Of a stretch of DNA of 64,000 bases, positions 1-11,060 are shown piece by piece. The notes beneath the pieces are model-generated. The model saw only the letters and a list, made by a program, of their open reading frames with translations, did no database searches and was not told where the DNA came from. Position 1 is the stretch's first letter. Every line of letters begins with the position of its first letter. The position numbers were made by a program, and so were the translations under genes. The DNA lies in assembly GCA_965240325.2 (NCBI GenBank), contig OZ251231.1:806001-870000 (forward strand), given 5' to 3'. Source of the DNA: Rebecca billardiae RCC1528 (taxonomy: Eukaryota > Protista > Haptophyta).

Positions 1-256
1 CGAGAGCAACTTCTCCATCAAGGGCGTTGGCGCGCTGGGGGCCGACAACGACAACTCGACCACTGCCCAGGTCTCGCGTGGAGACAGCGAGGTTGTCCTT
101 TCGTTTGCCGACTATTATCGTAAGGCGCTCGTTGACCAACAGCCCGTCGAGAGCTCGCCCGTCTCGGACCGGATCGCCAACCAACTGAGCCGCGTGCTCA
201 TCGACGACGGTGACGCGCTCGCCACGAACGCATCAGCAGAGTCGTCACATAATTGA
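1..256 (+). CDS. 3' end of an ORF entering from outside the window (ESNFSIKG...SSHN*); unknown, faintly reminiscent of a hAT C-terminal motif
   Basis: Frame 2 is open from base 2 to TGA at 254-256 with coding-like GC3 bias. The family assignment is only a guess. Confidence 0.4.
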   Translation, partial: ESNFSIKGVGALGADNDNSTTAQVSRGDSEVVLSFADYYRKALVDQQPVESSPVSDRIANQLSRVLIDDGDALATNASAESSHN

Positions 257-728
257 TCGGGGGCACGGTAATGATCCGAAGACTGTCAGTGTCACCGGTC
301 TGAGCCGCCTGAATTACGCTAGTGTCTATCTAGTCGTCTTCGGCGCAGCCCGGCAGGCTCACCGTAACTGACTCAGCTGCCGCATGCGGACCTGACGGCG
401 GGCGCTGTCCGCGTTAGCTAATAGCGGCTAGTAGGTACTATACGTACTTACATTGCGGACTTTATAAATATTCGGCGCCGAAGTCTTATGCTGATCGAAC
501 GTCTACTTAGTATTTCGTATTAGTAATATTTAGTATCGCGACTCGGCGACGTATAAACGGCGGTAAAGTGAATCATTATATTGACATTGTCGTCCGGTGC
601 GTATAATGCGGATAATCGTCCGTGATCTGCTCCGACGAGCCTCCGTGACCGAACGAGCATCTAGCCCGTCTCAGTCTCACCAGGGCCTAGCCCTAGTAGC
701 CCTAGGCACTAGCAGCAGCAGCCGATAT

Positions 729-1310
729 TGGCCCGCGATGCAGGGCGGAGTCGCGCACGGTGCAGAGCCCGCAGCGCGGGCTCGAACCTAACGTCGTCAA
801 AAAGATTATTGACCGCTTTGAGTTTGATTACAGGCTCCTGATCCCAGCCCCTGCCGTCGGCCGTCCCGTAGGGACGGGCAGCCGGGCAGCCCGCGGCAGG
901 GCTGCGGCGCACTGCGGGTCGGGCGCACTGCCTGACCTGGTCCGAGTGCCGAGTGGTCGTGGTCGGAAGGCGCAGACACATGTCTCAGTGGCTGCTGACG
1001 CCTGCCCGTTGGCGTTGCATGCCACGTCGTTAAAAAGGGACGGGGGGCGATTTTCAGGGCTGGTGTCACTGTCAGAGACCGATTTTCGATTTCACGAGAC
1101 CGCATTAGCAGGCATCATTTATTTTCTGAGTCAATACAATATTAGCGATCCGGACGCGAAGAGGGCCGATCTGCAGTGGCGATGCACGTCCACGGTCCCG
1201 AGCACTGAGTCGATCCAGTGAAAGCGTGGACGGGGCGTGAGCTCACGTCCAAACACACACTTAACGTAACGGACCGTTACTAACGATTTTTCCGGCGGCC
1301 AATGAGATTG
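729..1310 (+). mobile_element. Degenerate 5' part of the Helitron2/Helentron-like family, with a ~220-bp insertion
   Basis: TGGCCCGCGATGCAGGGCGG...AAAAAGAT and AAAAAGGGACGGGGGGCGATTTT...TTAACGTAACGG match the 5' ends at 7570 and 21342. About 810-1030 is extra sequence. Confidence 0.7.
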
Positions 1311-1590
1311 AATCAAGGAGCGACGACTACGTTTATTATGGCGATTTTGTATTCGGGCTTACGGATACGACGCGGTCAACCGTGACCTCATCATCATTTG
1401 ATTCTACCGCTTCAGTGCTTCGCGTTTACGGCTATATTTAAACCGCACCTGTCATCAATGAATGCGTACCCATAATTATTACGGCCGCCTCGTTACAATC
1501 ATAGTAGTATTGCGGATAGTGACACCGTGTTCGCCGCCCGCCGTGCGCTGCTTTATTTCACGGCGGTCTTCGGGACGCACATCGGACGCG

Positions 1591-2187
1591 ATGCCGCGTT
1601 GCGGGCGGCGCGCCTCCCCCCACGCGGTCAAGTATTGGTCGAAGATTCCGCCCTCGCAGCTGCGCCAGGCCATCAACGATGATGCGCTCACGCTCGGCGT
1701 GGTCGCCGCCCTTGTGATGACCGGCTCGGCCGCGGCGCTCCTGTTCAGCAGCGACGACTTTGCGGAGGAGCTCTCGGAGGGCGCGCGGTGGTGGGTGCAC
1801 CACCTCTACATCGCGTGCAACGTCGTGTCGGTCATGGCGGGGCTGGCGTGCATCTTAATCGGCGCGTACACCGTCGTGCATGGTGCGAAGGTGCACGACG
1901 ACTACTTCTTGGAGTTCGTCGCGCACGTCAAGGGTGACCCCGTGAACGAGGCCGTGGGGTACTTCAATGTCTCGGTCATCGGTTTCGTGCTGGGCGTGCT
2001 GCTGGGCGTGCTGCTCGTCGCGGGCTGGGTGGCGGCGGGGATTGTGTTGCTCATCATACTCGCCTACCTCTCAGCCATTGTGTACAGCACGATCGCCGTC
2101 AACCACGCCAGCGAGGTCCTGATGCGCAAGTATGCAGAGGGGGAACCACCAGCTGTCAAGCACACCACGCCCACGGCGGTATCGTAG
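1591..2187 (+). CDS. Multi-pass membrane protein (about 4 TM, PGG-domain-like layout)
   Basis: Hydrophobic segments LGVVAALVMTGSAAALLF, LYIACNVVSVMAGLACILIGAYTVV and VIGFVLGVLLGVLLVAGWVAAGIVLLIILAYL, with strong GC3 bias. ATG 1591 is preferred over 1462. Confidence 0.7.
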   Translation: MPRCGRRASPHAVKYWSKIPPSQLRQAINDDALTLGVVAALVMTGSAAALLFSSDDFAEELSEGARWWVHHLYIACNVVSVMAGLACILIGAYTVVHGAKVHDDYFLEFVAHVKGDPVNEAVGYFNVSVIGFVLGVLLGVLLVAGWVAAGIVLLIILAYLSAIVYSTIAVNHASEVLMRKYAEGEPPAVKHTTPTAVS

Positions 2188-3024
2188 GGCACTGCGGCCA
2201 TGAGCGTCATCGTGCGGGCCTCCGCGTTCGTCCCGTGATCCTTGGCGGAGTTGGTGCCGCCTAGGACGAGGAGCAGGTCCTAACTCAAGGGCAGGTGGAC
2301 TGGCCGTGGATGACGGATTCACAGGCGAACGGCGGGCAGCGTTGGCGGCGGGCAGGCGCTGCATGCTCCTTCCTTCGCCCCACACGGCACCACCAGGCAC
2401 CACCAGTAGTGATGCTAATGCTGGGTACGGGCGCGGGCGCGAGCGCGGGCGAGGGGCTGAGCTGGCGGCCGCCCGCCCCACCAACCGCACCGGCGCAAGA
2501 GTGAAGTTAATGTCACACTCACAGGTTACCGTATGCCCCTTCAGGCTTCACACTCTTCAGCCTTCTGCGCGGGGCTGAAACAGCACTGATGGGCATGACA
2601 GATGCCTGACACGAAAGCCACGGGCTGATCTGCGAGCGGCGAGTCCGCGACGATGGCGAGGTCGTGGCATATGCTACGGGCGACGCCGTGCTCCCCTCTC
2701 GTCCGTGCTCGCAGTCCCCCGCTCGCTCTCCGGGCCGTCCGGGCCGCGACAACACAGCACAGCGGCCGTCGCGGCGCCCGACGCGCGCAGAGCGGCCCTC
2801 GCGGGCTCGCACATCGACGCGGCGGCGAGGCTGACAGAAAAAGACGGTCGCGATCCAGGATGTCATAACGAGCCGCAGGGAGCCCAGTGTGCCGTGTACC
2901 ACGGGCCACCGTAGTTCGGTGCTGTGCGCCTGAGGCTCGCGCGGGCCCCGAGCTGCGTGAGCGGCGCTGCATGAGCATCTCCGCCGAGAGCAGCAGCAGA
3001 CGCAGTGAATGAGACCGATATATA

Positions 3025-3575
3025 TGACCGCGTTTCGCGGTCCTTTTCCGTAGAACGAACGTAGTTCGGGGCCCGCGGTGGCGGTGCACCCTCCGTCGCA
3101 GTCGTCTATTGACAGACCAGTTGCATGCCCGTACAACTAGACTCCAGCGGCGCGCCGCTGCGCCCCGGTGCCGGCGCCGGGCGCGGGCCCATCGCAGCCG
3201 CCGGCGCCGGCGCCCGGATTGTGTACAGGCGGATGCGACGAGGCGTGATCGACGCATGAGCGCGACTCCACGTGCACGCCAGGCCACGTGGAGCTGACAG
3301 CCAGGGAACACGGTGCGGGGCCGCGGATTCGTTCTGGCCGCTGCTGCTGACCGCGCTGTCTGTCGTCACCGCGCGCCGCCGGGCAGCGCCAGGAGTAGAT
3401 GATTTGCACTGGTCCGAGTAGGGTTCGACCAGCGCCTGCGCGACGGCCGACAGGCGGGCGCGAGGCGTGATCGACGCATGAGCGCAACTCTATCTACGTG
3501 CACGCCAGGCCACGCGGAGCAGACAGCCAGAGGGAGCACTGTGTGTGCCGAGGTGCGAGGGCACCGGTGATTGTT
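3025..3575 (-). mobile_element. 3' part of a Helitron2/Helentron-like element (5'-truncated)
   Basis: The reverse complement matches about 22420-22955, including the subterminal IR and the hairpin GACCGCG-ttt-CGCGGTC at 3026-3042. Confidence 0.8.
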
Positions 3576-4343
3576 ATTCACTCCGCACGCCGGCGGTTGC
3601 ACTGCACGGGGTCACGGGGTGACACACCTCGGTCACGCCGCGGAGAGCCCAGAGCGCCCGCCGCGAGCGCGACGCACTGCTGGGATGTGTTGTACTGGTA
3701 GTGCACTGGCCCTACGAGGCACGCTTTAGCCCACGAGATACGTGCGATGATCATGGGCAGCTGCAGTAATGTCCACAGGTCGATGGTCGTGTGATAGACC
3801 ATGGACTCTCGTGCAGCGGTAGGAAATGGTCTGGATGTGGGCTGCACTCAGGGGAACGCAAGCGCATGTCAGCGTGGCTATCAGTACATCACATCCTAGC
3901 AGTGCGTCGCGCTCGCGGCGGGCGCTCTGGGCTCTCCGCGGCCGTGTGCTCGCAAGGGTCTGCAAGCAGCGTGGAAGGCCGTGGCGTGAACGGTCGCGCG
4001 CGGCGTGGCGACGAGCGGGAGCGCGCGATCGCACACAGACGCGCGGAAGGCGACTGGCATGCCACAGCGCCGCTGCCGCAGCCCACGCGAGGTCGCGAGC
4101 TACTGCCCTTCGGATCGCGAGCCGGCGCCCCCGCGCGCCCCTCGCCGCCGTGCACGAAGATGGGGCGCGCGGAGGCGGCATTTTCGTTTCTAAAAGTTCT
4201 GCCATAGCAAGACGACGAAGGGTGGCCTCGCCACCGCGGCGAGGCCACCCTCGAAGTGGCCTCGCCACCCCGTGCGAAAGTGGCCTCGCCGCGCACGTTT
4301 TCGCTCGAGTGCACTCTGCCACCGTGAGCCTTACGCACGTTAA

Positions 4344-5870
4344 GGTGGCACGGCAGGAAAACCGCGGGACTGCGACGTAACAGCCATGGCTGCCGCTTGC
4401 GCACGCCGATTCGGGGCTCGTGCGCGCCGAGCGCGTACAGCACGGTCCGGAGCGCATGCCGGGTGGTCAAAGCACGTGCGCCGGCCTCCTGGCTCGCCTA
4501 CCGATGAGCTCGTCGCGTCTCTCGTCACGCTCCAGCCGTGGACCAGCATGCACATGTGCGGGTCAGCTGGCGAGCTGCAGACGCGGTGGATGCGCTGCAT
4601 GGTATGTGCGCCACTGGCCGCCCAGATGGTCAGGGCGTACGGGTGCGGACGTGTACACGTGCGTCCAGTCGTTTGAACCGTGCGCCGAGGCCGTTTTGGA
4701 GGTGTGCACCTACTCGCGGATGTCGGCGGCACCCCGTGGGCAGCCCGTGGGGCCAGAGAAGCCGCGACGGGCAGCATTCGGGCGAGGTGTGCATGGCCCC
4801 ATGGCGGCAGAGAACGCCCTGTGCGTACGCTACGGGCTACGCCGAGGTCAGCGATATGGACTTGGCCTGTGTATGGGCCTTGAACAGTCTGCTTGGGGCC
4901 CTACGGAAGTCACCGCGCGTGCGCAGCGTCCCCGGTGCCCAATAGTAGGCTATACGCGGCATGCCAAAACTCGAAATCTTTTATAGAACTTCAACTGTGA
5001 CCCTATCTACCCTCGAGCTCTTCCCATAAGCTGTGCTTAGCCAGCTCGGCATGCGAATCGGGTTGCACGTTCTGAAATTAACACGAAAATGGTCCAAAAT
5101 CGCCGATTTTGGACCATTTTCGTGTTAATTTCAAAACGTGCAACCCGATTCGCATGCCGAGCTGGCTGAACACAGCTTATGGGAAGGGATCGAGAGTAGC
5201 TAGGGTCCCGGTTGAAGTTCTATAAAAGATTTCGAGTTTTGGCATGCCGCGTATAGCCTACTATTGGGCACCGGGGACGCTGCGCACGCGCGGTGACTTC
5301 CGTAGGGCCCCAAGCAGACTGTTCAAGGCCCATACACAGGCCAAGTCCATATCGCTGACCTCGGCGTAGCCCGTAGCGTACGCACAGGGCGTTCTCTGCC
5401 GCCATGGGGCCATGCACACCTCGCCCGAATGCTGCCCGTCGCGGCTTCTCTGGCCCCACGGGCTGCCCACGGGGTGCCGCCGACATCCGCGAGTAGGTGC
5501 ACACCTCCAAAACGGCCTCGGCGCACGGTTCAAACGACTGGACGCACGTGTACACGTCCGCACCCGTACGCCCTGACCATCTGGGCGGCCAGTGGCGCAC
5601 ATACCATGCAGCGCATCCACCGCGTCTGCAGCTCGCCAGCTGACCCGCACATGTGCATGCTGGTCCACGGCTGGAGCGTGACGAGAGACGCGACGAGCTC
5701 ATCGGTAGGCGAGCCAGGAGGCCGGCGCACGTGCTTTGACCACCCGGCATGCGCTCCGGACCGTGCCGTACGCGCTCGGCGTGCACGAGCCTCGAATCGG
5801 CGCGCGCAAGCGGCAGCCATGGCTGTTACGTCGCGTCCCGCCGGTCCGGGCGATTTCCTGCCGTGCCACC
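4344..5870. mobile_element. 1527-bp palindromic (foldback) non-autonomous DNA transposon, Kolobok-like, copy 1
   Basis: TTAA|GGTGGCACGGCAGGAAA ... TTTCCTGCCGTGCCACC|TTAA, with TSDs at 4340-4343 and 5871-5874. The arms are near-perfect inverted repeats centred on 5103. TTAA plus GG termini fits Kolobok rather than piggyBac. Confidence 0.85.
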
Positions 5871-5965
5871 TTAAAACAAATAAATTATAACTCTGGATCC
5901 TCCGGACGTCCCCGTCCGTGGGCACCGCTGTCCGGAAACGAGAGCCACGTCCGCCCGTCGCAACG

Positions 5966-7198
5966 ATGGCGATCGTCCGCGTGCTCGCACGCGAGGCACA
6001 CCGAGCATGCACCGATTACGACTCAGGCTGGTTCCCGCTGATCGCAGCGAGCCTTCTCTGCGCAGAAGCCGCCCTAGGCGCTGCAATCATCCGTCGCGTG
6101 CCCTACACGGAGATCGACTGGGAGGCGTACATGGATGAGGTGGGCACGATACTCTCCGGCGACTTTGACTACACGCATGCGCGCGGAGGGACAGGCCCTC
6201 TCGTGTATCCCGGCGGCTTCGTGCTCGTGTACTCGGCGTTGTACAACCTCACTGGCGGGGGCGTGGACATCCGATTGGCGCAGTACATCTTCCTCCTCGC
6301 GTACCTCACGACGCTTGCACTCGCGCTCGATGTGTACCGACAGGCGCGCGTCGCGCCGCCGTGGACAGTCGTGCTCCTGTGCCTGTCGAAGCGCGTGCAC
6401 TCGATCTACATGCTCCGCCTATTCAACGATGGCATCACCACACTCCTCTTGTACGCCGCGCTCTCTCAGCTCTCGCGCGACCGATGGGCGATCGGCTGCA
6501 GCCTGTACTCGCTCGCTGTGAGCGTCAAGATGCACCCGCTGCTGTGCGCTCCCGCGCTCTTCGTGCTGCTGTGGAAGCGCGGCGGCGCGCGCTTCGCCGC
6601 CCAGCACGTCGGGCTCTGCGCTGCGATCCAGCTCACCATCGGCGCGCCCTACCTCGTCACGAACGCGCGCGGTTACATCTCGCGCTCGTTTGAGCTCGGC
6701 CGCGTGTTCCTGTACAAGTGGACGGTCAACCTGCGCTTTCTGCCAGAGGCGGTCTTCGTCTCGAAGCGGCTGGCCGCGGCGCTGCTTGCTGGGAACGCGC
6801 TGACGCTGCTCGCCCTCGGCCACTGGCGATGGTGCCGCCGCGAAGGCGGGCTGCCGGCGCTCTTGGCCACGCGTGCGGGCGCGCAGCACGCGCAGCGCCT
6901 CAGCGCGCGCGAGGTGGTGCACACAATGCTAGTCGCCAACTTTGTCGGCATCGTCTTCGCGCGCACGCTGCACTACCAGTTCTACTCGTGGTACTTCCAC
7001 GCGCTGCCGCACTTGCTCTGGTCCCTGCCCATACCCACCGCCTCTCGCCTCCTGCTGTTTGCGGCAATCGAGTCCGCGTGGAACGTCTACCCGCCTGCGG
7101 CCGTCACGTCTCTGGCGCTGCTCGGCTGCCACATCGGCATCCTCGCGGGCCTCAGCTGGGGTGCGCCATCGGCGGCGCCGACGCAGCACACGCTGTGA
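5966..7198 (+). CDS. ALG3: Dol-P-Man:Man5GlcNAc2-PP-dolichol alpha-1,3-mannosyltransferase
   Basis: Motifs VPYTEIDWEAYM, GGTGPLVYPGG, SKRVHSIYMLRLFND, SVKM, FLYKWTVN and RTLHYQFYSWY; intronless. Confidence 0.95.
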   Translation: MAIVRVLAREAHRACTDYDSGWFPLIAASLLCAEAALGAAIIRRVPYTEIDWEAYMDEVGTILSGDFDYTHARGGTGPLVYPGGFVLVYSALYNLTGGGVDIRLAQYIFLLAYLTTLALALDVYRQARVAPPWTVVLLCLSKRVHSIYMLRLFNDGITTLLLYAALSQLSRDRWAIGCSLYSLAVSVKMHPLLCAPALFVLLWKRGGARFAAQHVGLCAAIQLTIGAPYLVTNARGYISRSFELGRVFLYKWTVNLRFLPEAVFVSKRLAAALLAGNALTLLALGHWRWCRREGGLPALLATRAGAQHAQRLSAREVVHTMLVANFVGIVFARTLHYQFYSWYFHALPHLLWSLPIPTASRLLLFAAIESAWNVYPPAAVTSLALLGCHIGILAGLSWGAPSAAPTQHTL

Positions 7199-7914
7199 CC
7201 ACATGCACGCGTACATCGCAGTGCGCCGGGCCGCGCGGCCGCGGCCCAGCCGCCCCGGCCCGTTCGCCCCGCGCTAATAAGATGCCAGCGGGCGCGGCGC
7301 CGTCCGAGCCCGAGGACTCCGACTCCGAGACAGTCTGTAGTACTGTAGTCTGACGCGCCGCCGACTGCTTCTTAGAAGTGCTTATAATATCTATATGTCT
7401 AGTAGTCAACGCAGTCACTCCGCCGAGGCTCCTGGGACGCGGAGTCTTATTAGCTTAGTACGTAGTAGACGAGTAGTAGTGTTAGTACGCGGAATCGGGT
7501 CTCAGAGTCAGACTGGGTCTGTGAGAGTCTGGTATGACTACACTGTGCTGTATAGTCGCAGTGTAGTTATGGCCCGCGGTGCAGGGCGGAGCGCGCAGCG
7601 TGGAGCCCGCACCAGCGGGCCCGAACCACGTTTCAAAAAGATCTTTTATCTAGAAAAAGGGACGCGGGGGCCGATTTTTAGGGCTGGCGGAGACCGAGTT
7701 TTGATTTTTGAGACCCTCTCTGTGACACACGCATCACGGAGAAAAAAATCGCGCCCACGAGATTCCCCTAATCAATCGTGGACGGCCGGGCGTGAGAGTT
7801 CACTTCTGTGTGAAGTAGGACGGTTACAAGTCCAATACAAGCGTCAGCTTCTTTGCGAGGCTATTTTTGCACGTCCTTACGGGATCAGCGAAGTAACCAA
7901 CCGATATATATTGG

Positions 7915-8068
7915 CTTCGTCGGGGTCGTATTCACTACTGGAGAACATTTGCACCGCGCTTCGTATTCATATGTATGGTTCACGCAGGCATAAAATCGCT
8001 TCGTCGGGGTCGTATCCACTATAGGCACTATACTGGAGAACATCATTTGCACCGCTTCGTTTTCATAC
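7915..8068 (+). repeat. Two imperfect direct repeats (GCTTCGTCGGGGTCGTAT...CTGGAGAACA...TTTGCACCGC)
   Basis: Copies at about 7915-7970 and 7998-8068. The continuation (TATGGTTCA) reappears at about 16466, after the nested element. Confidence 0.75.
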
Positions 8069-8229
8069 ATTATGACCGCGTTCCGCGGTCCTTCCATAGA
8101 ACCAACGTAGTTAGGGGCCCGCGGTGCACCCTCCGTCGGCATATGCTGTCCGTCCAACGCGCGGCCGTAGCGGCAGCAGCAGCGCGGAGCGCCGTCGAGC
8201 ACGCGCGGCAAACGAATAATGGAATATTA

Positions 8230-9340
8230 TGCAGCGCGGGCGAGTCGACGGTCTGGAAAATGCGCGATCACGCCACAGCAGGCTGGCAGAGCCCGCCCGA
8301 GCTGCAGCATGCGCCGTAGGTGCTGCCCCAAGCTCTCGACTGCCCGTAAGCGGCGGCATGTGCGGCGGCGCCGGCGGCGGCCATGCTGCCCCGCCGTTGC
8401 GCGCCGCGGGGCGCTGCCGGCACCTCCGTGGTGAAGCGCACAGCGCTCGAGCCCACAGGGGCTGGCGACCGTCAAACCGACACCCCATGACGCGGGGCTG
8501 CGTGTGCCAGCTGCGCGCACCCCCTGGGCCCACCTGGCCCGCTCGAGCAGCTCGCGCCTTGGGTGCGCACAGCGGCTCGAGCATACCGTGGTATGGGACG
8601 CCTGCTGCGGTGCCGCCGAGCACGTGCGGCCGAGGGTCACGCAGCACGGGCGACTCGACGGCGGCGAGCAGGCGCGACGGCCTCGCCGCGCCGCGGTAGA
8701 GCCTGCCCGGGCTGCAGCACGCCGTAGGAGCAGCCCAGCGCCCTCCTCCGCCCTCCAGCTTCGGCGCGCGTAGCAGGCCCGGCGGCGGCCATGCTGGCGT
8801 GCCCAAGCAAGCAGGCAGATGGGCGCGGCCGGCCGCGCCGTCGCAAAGCGCGCAGAACTCGAGCTCGGGGGGGCGGACGGCCGCCAAACTGGCGCCGCAG
8901 GACGTGGCACTGCGTGCGCCAGCTGCGCGCACCCGCTGCGCCCGCGTAGCCCGTGCGAGCGCCGCGCCTCGAGCACACGCCGCAGCAGCTCGACACAGCC
9001 ACTGCAGCGCGCACGCAGCCTGCACGCCGTGGCCCGTCGGCATCTTGGAAGCCGCCGAGAGCGTGTGCTTTCCCCGCACGACGGCGGTAGCTGCCGCGAT
9101 GTATACGAGCGTGCTGCCGCGCCGGCCGCCGCTGCCCGGCCGCCGCGCCGGCCTCCACTCCGCGCCCGCTGCGCGTCCGCAGCTGGCAGCTGCGCTGCTG
9201 CGCCCGCTGTCAGCCGGCGGCGGTGGCTGCCCGCGCTCGCTGGGCGACCACTCGATGATGCGCGCAGCGTAAAGTGCGCGCTGGGCACCTCCTCGTCGCG
9301 TGCAATTTCGAGGTAGTCCTGCATCTGCTCCTGCATCAGC
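8230..9340 (-). pseudogene. Degraded coding-like cargo inside the inner Helitron2-like element
   Basis: Protein-like patches in shifting frames (MQEQMQDYLEIARDEE, YAARIIEWSP, PELEFCALCDG, GVPYHGMLEPLC). No family recognised. Confidence 0.3.
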
Positions 9341-9634
9341 CCCTCCCACCCTGCGCGCGGGCGCGGACGGAGTCGCACGCACGCGGTCCGATCGACGATC
9401 GATCGAGGGCGCGGCGGCCGCGGCACGGGACGGGCGTCGACGCGCAGGTTAGTTAGGTATGGTGCCGGCGCTTCCCGCAGGCGTTGCGCGCTTGGGGCGA
9501 GTGGGGCGCGTGGGCGAGACCAGCAGCCAGCCAGCCCACGCCACCGGCGCGAGGGCACCGGCGCGGCGCGCACGCCTTTGCACGGCATCCTCGCCCGCTG
9601 CCTCGGGCGTGTCGCCTCCCGCAAACGCTGGCGG

Positions 9635-9837
9635 GCGGGTAACCTGTTTTCACAAGCGCCTCTCTTTCATTATGGGCTTATGGCACAGGACGAGGTTCAT
9701 CCATCGAGGCAAGCGGGTAACTGGCTTGAAATAGCGCTATTCAAAAGAATCTCTTTCAATATTATGAGGAGGTTCATCCATCGAGGCAGGCGGGTAACTT
9801 GGTTGGACAAGCGATATTGAAAAGAATCTCTTTTAAT
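9635..9837 (+). repeat. ~78-bp tandem repeat (GGTTCATCCATCGAGGCA.GCGGGTAAC...TATTCAAAAGAATCT) that continues at 16042-16115
   Basis: Units at about 9691, 9769 and 16050. The array is interrupted by the CACAGTG transposon. Confidence 0.85.
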
Positions 9838-10114
9838 CACAGTGCAGAAAAACGGCACAGGGTGACGTTTTAAGTTGTCCGCACCACTAGGCGAGTCATC
9901 GAAAAATTCTGAAGCGGCGCGCCTAAATTCGGCGCACCCTAGGCGCGTCGAATCGTGGCACAGACCTTGGTGCCAGGCCCCTCCCTGGCGCGCTGCGCGC
10001 GCGCCGACGCCCGCGCGGCGCGGGCAAAAAATCACTCCGACCAGCACTGCGCATGCTGCGCCGGCGAGCAGATCGAGCGGAGCCGACCAGATGACGAGCG
10101 GCGACGACGCCCGC

Positions 10115-11013
10115 CTACAGCTCGATGCGCTCGTGCTGTCGCTTGATGATGCCGCCCTCCCTCGCCCGTTTCTCCTTGGCTTCGAGATGCTGGACGCCGC
10201 CGAGCCGGCGAGCCGCGTAGCGGACGAGATCATTCGTGTTCACGAGGAACTCTTTCAGGTACAGCCGCCGCGCGATCTGCAGGAGGTAGTTCGACTTGAC
10301 CATGTACTGCACGATGGTGCTGCCCACCGTGCGGACGTGCAGGCCGATCGGCACGCCGGTCGAGTTGCGCTTGTACATGCGGCGCGCCCGGCTGCCCTTG
10401 AGCTCCTGCCCGTCCTCGCGCATGAAGACCACCTTCTTGCCGTGCCGCCGGATGCAGGCCGGCGCGTCCCACACGCTGTCCGCGATGTACACCGAGAAGC
10501 GGTCGGTCGTGGCGACGGTGTAGAAGGCCGCCGCCCACTCCTTCGCCAGTTCGTGCGCCTTGTCCGCATGCGCGTCACGCCCGGTCTGCGTCGAATCGTC
10601 GTAGTCGATCTTCTCCCAGTGCCAGTGCATCGCGAACAGCGCGTTCCAGACGTTGACGATCATCGGCATCAGGTCCTCCTTCGTCGCGCTCTTGGCGAGC
10701 TCGGCGAGCTTGCGAGGCGCGACGCCGGCGGTTGCAGCGAGCTGCGCGTCGTCACGCTCGAGCATCTCGCCAACGACCGAGTCGGCGTCATCGTCGTCGT
10801 CGTCGTCGTCGTCATCGTCGTTGTGCGCGCGCTCGGCTGAGGCGTGGATCTCAGCCGCCGCCGCCGCCGCAGCTGCTCGCACCGTCGCCGGATCACGCGG
10901 CTGCCGCGGCGGCGGGCGGCGGACAGCCGAGGTCAGCGGCTCTGCGGCCCCGTCGTCGTCGTCGTCGCTGCCACCGCTCGAATGCCCGTCGTCGTCTTCG
11001 TCGTCGCCGTCGT

Positions 11014-11060
<47 letters not shown>

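Noticed and set aside
4420-5786. 188-aa and 135-aa ORFs occurring four times
   Set aside because: They are mirror products of the palindromic element, with no recognisable domain.
4340-5874. piggyBac assignment based on the TTAA TSD
   Set aside because: The termini are GG...CC, not the CC...GG typical of piggyBac. Kolobok fits better.
9635-9837. ~78-bp repeats as a CRISPR array
   Set aside because: The units are contiguous imperfect tandem copies with no unique spacers, there are no cas genes, and the context is eukaryotic.
9845-9856. AGAAAAACG resembling the RSS nonamer
   Set aside because: It lies 1 bp from the heptamer rather than 12 or 23 bp, and the other end lacks it. No true 12/23 RSS pair is present.
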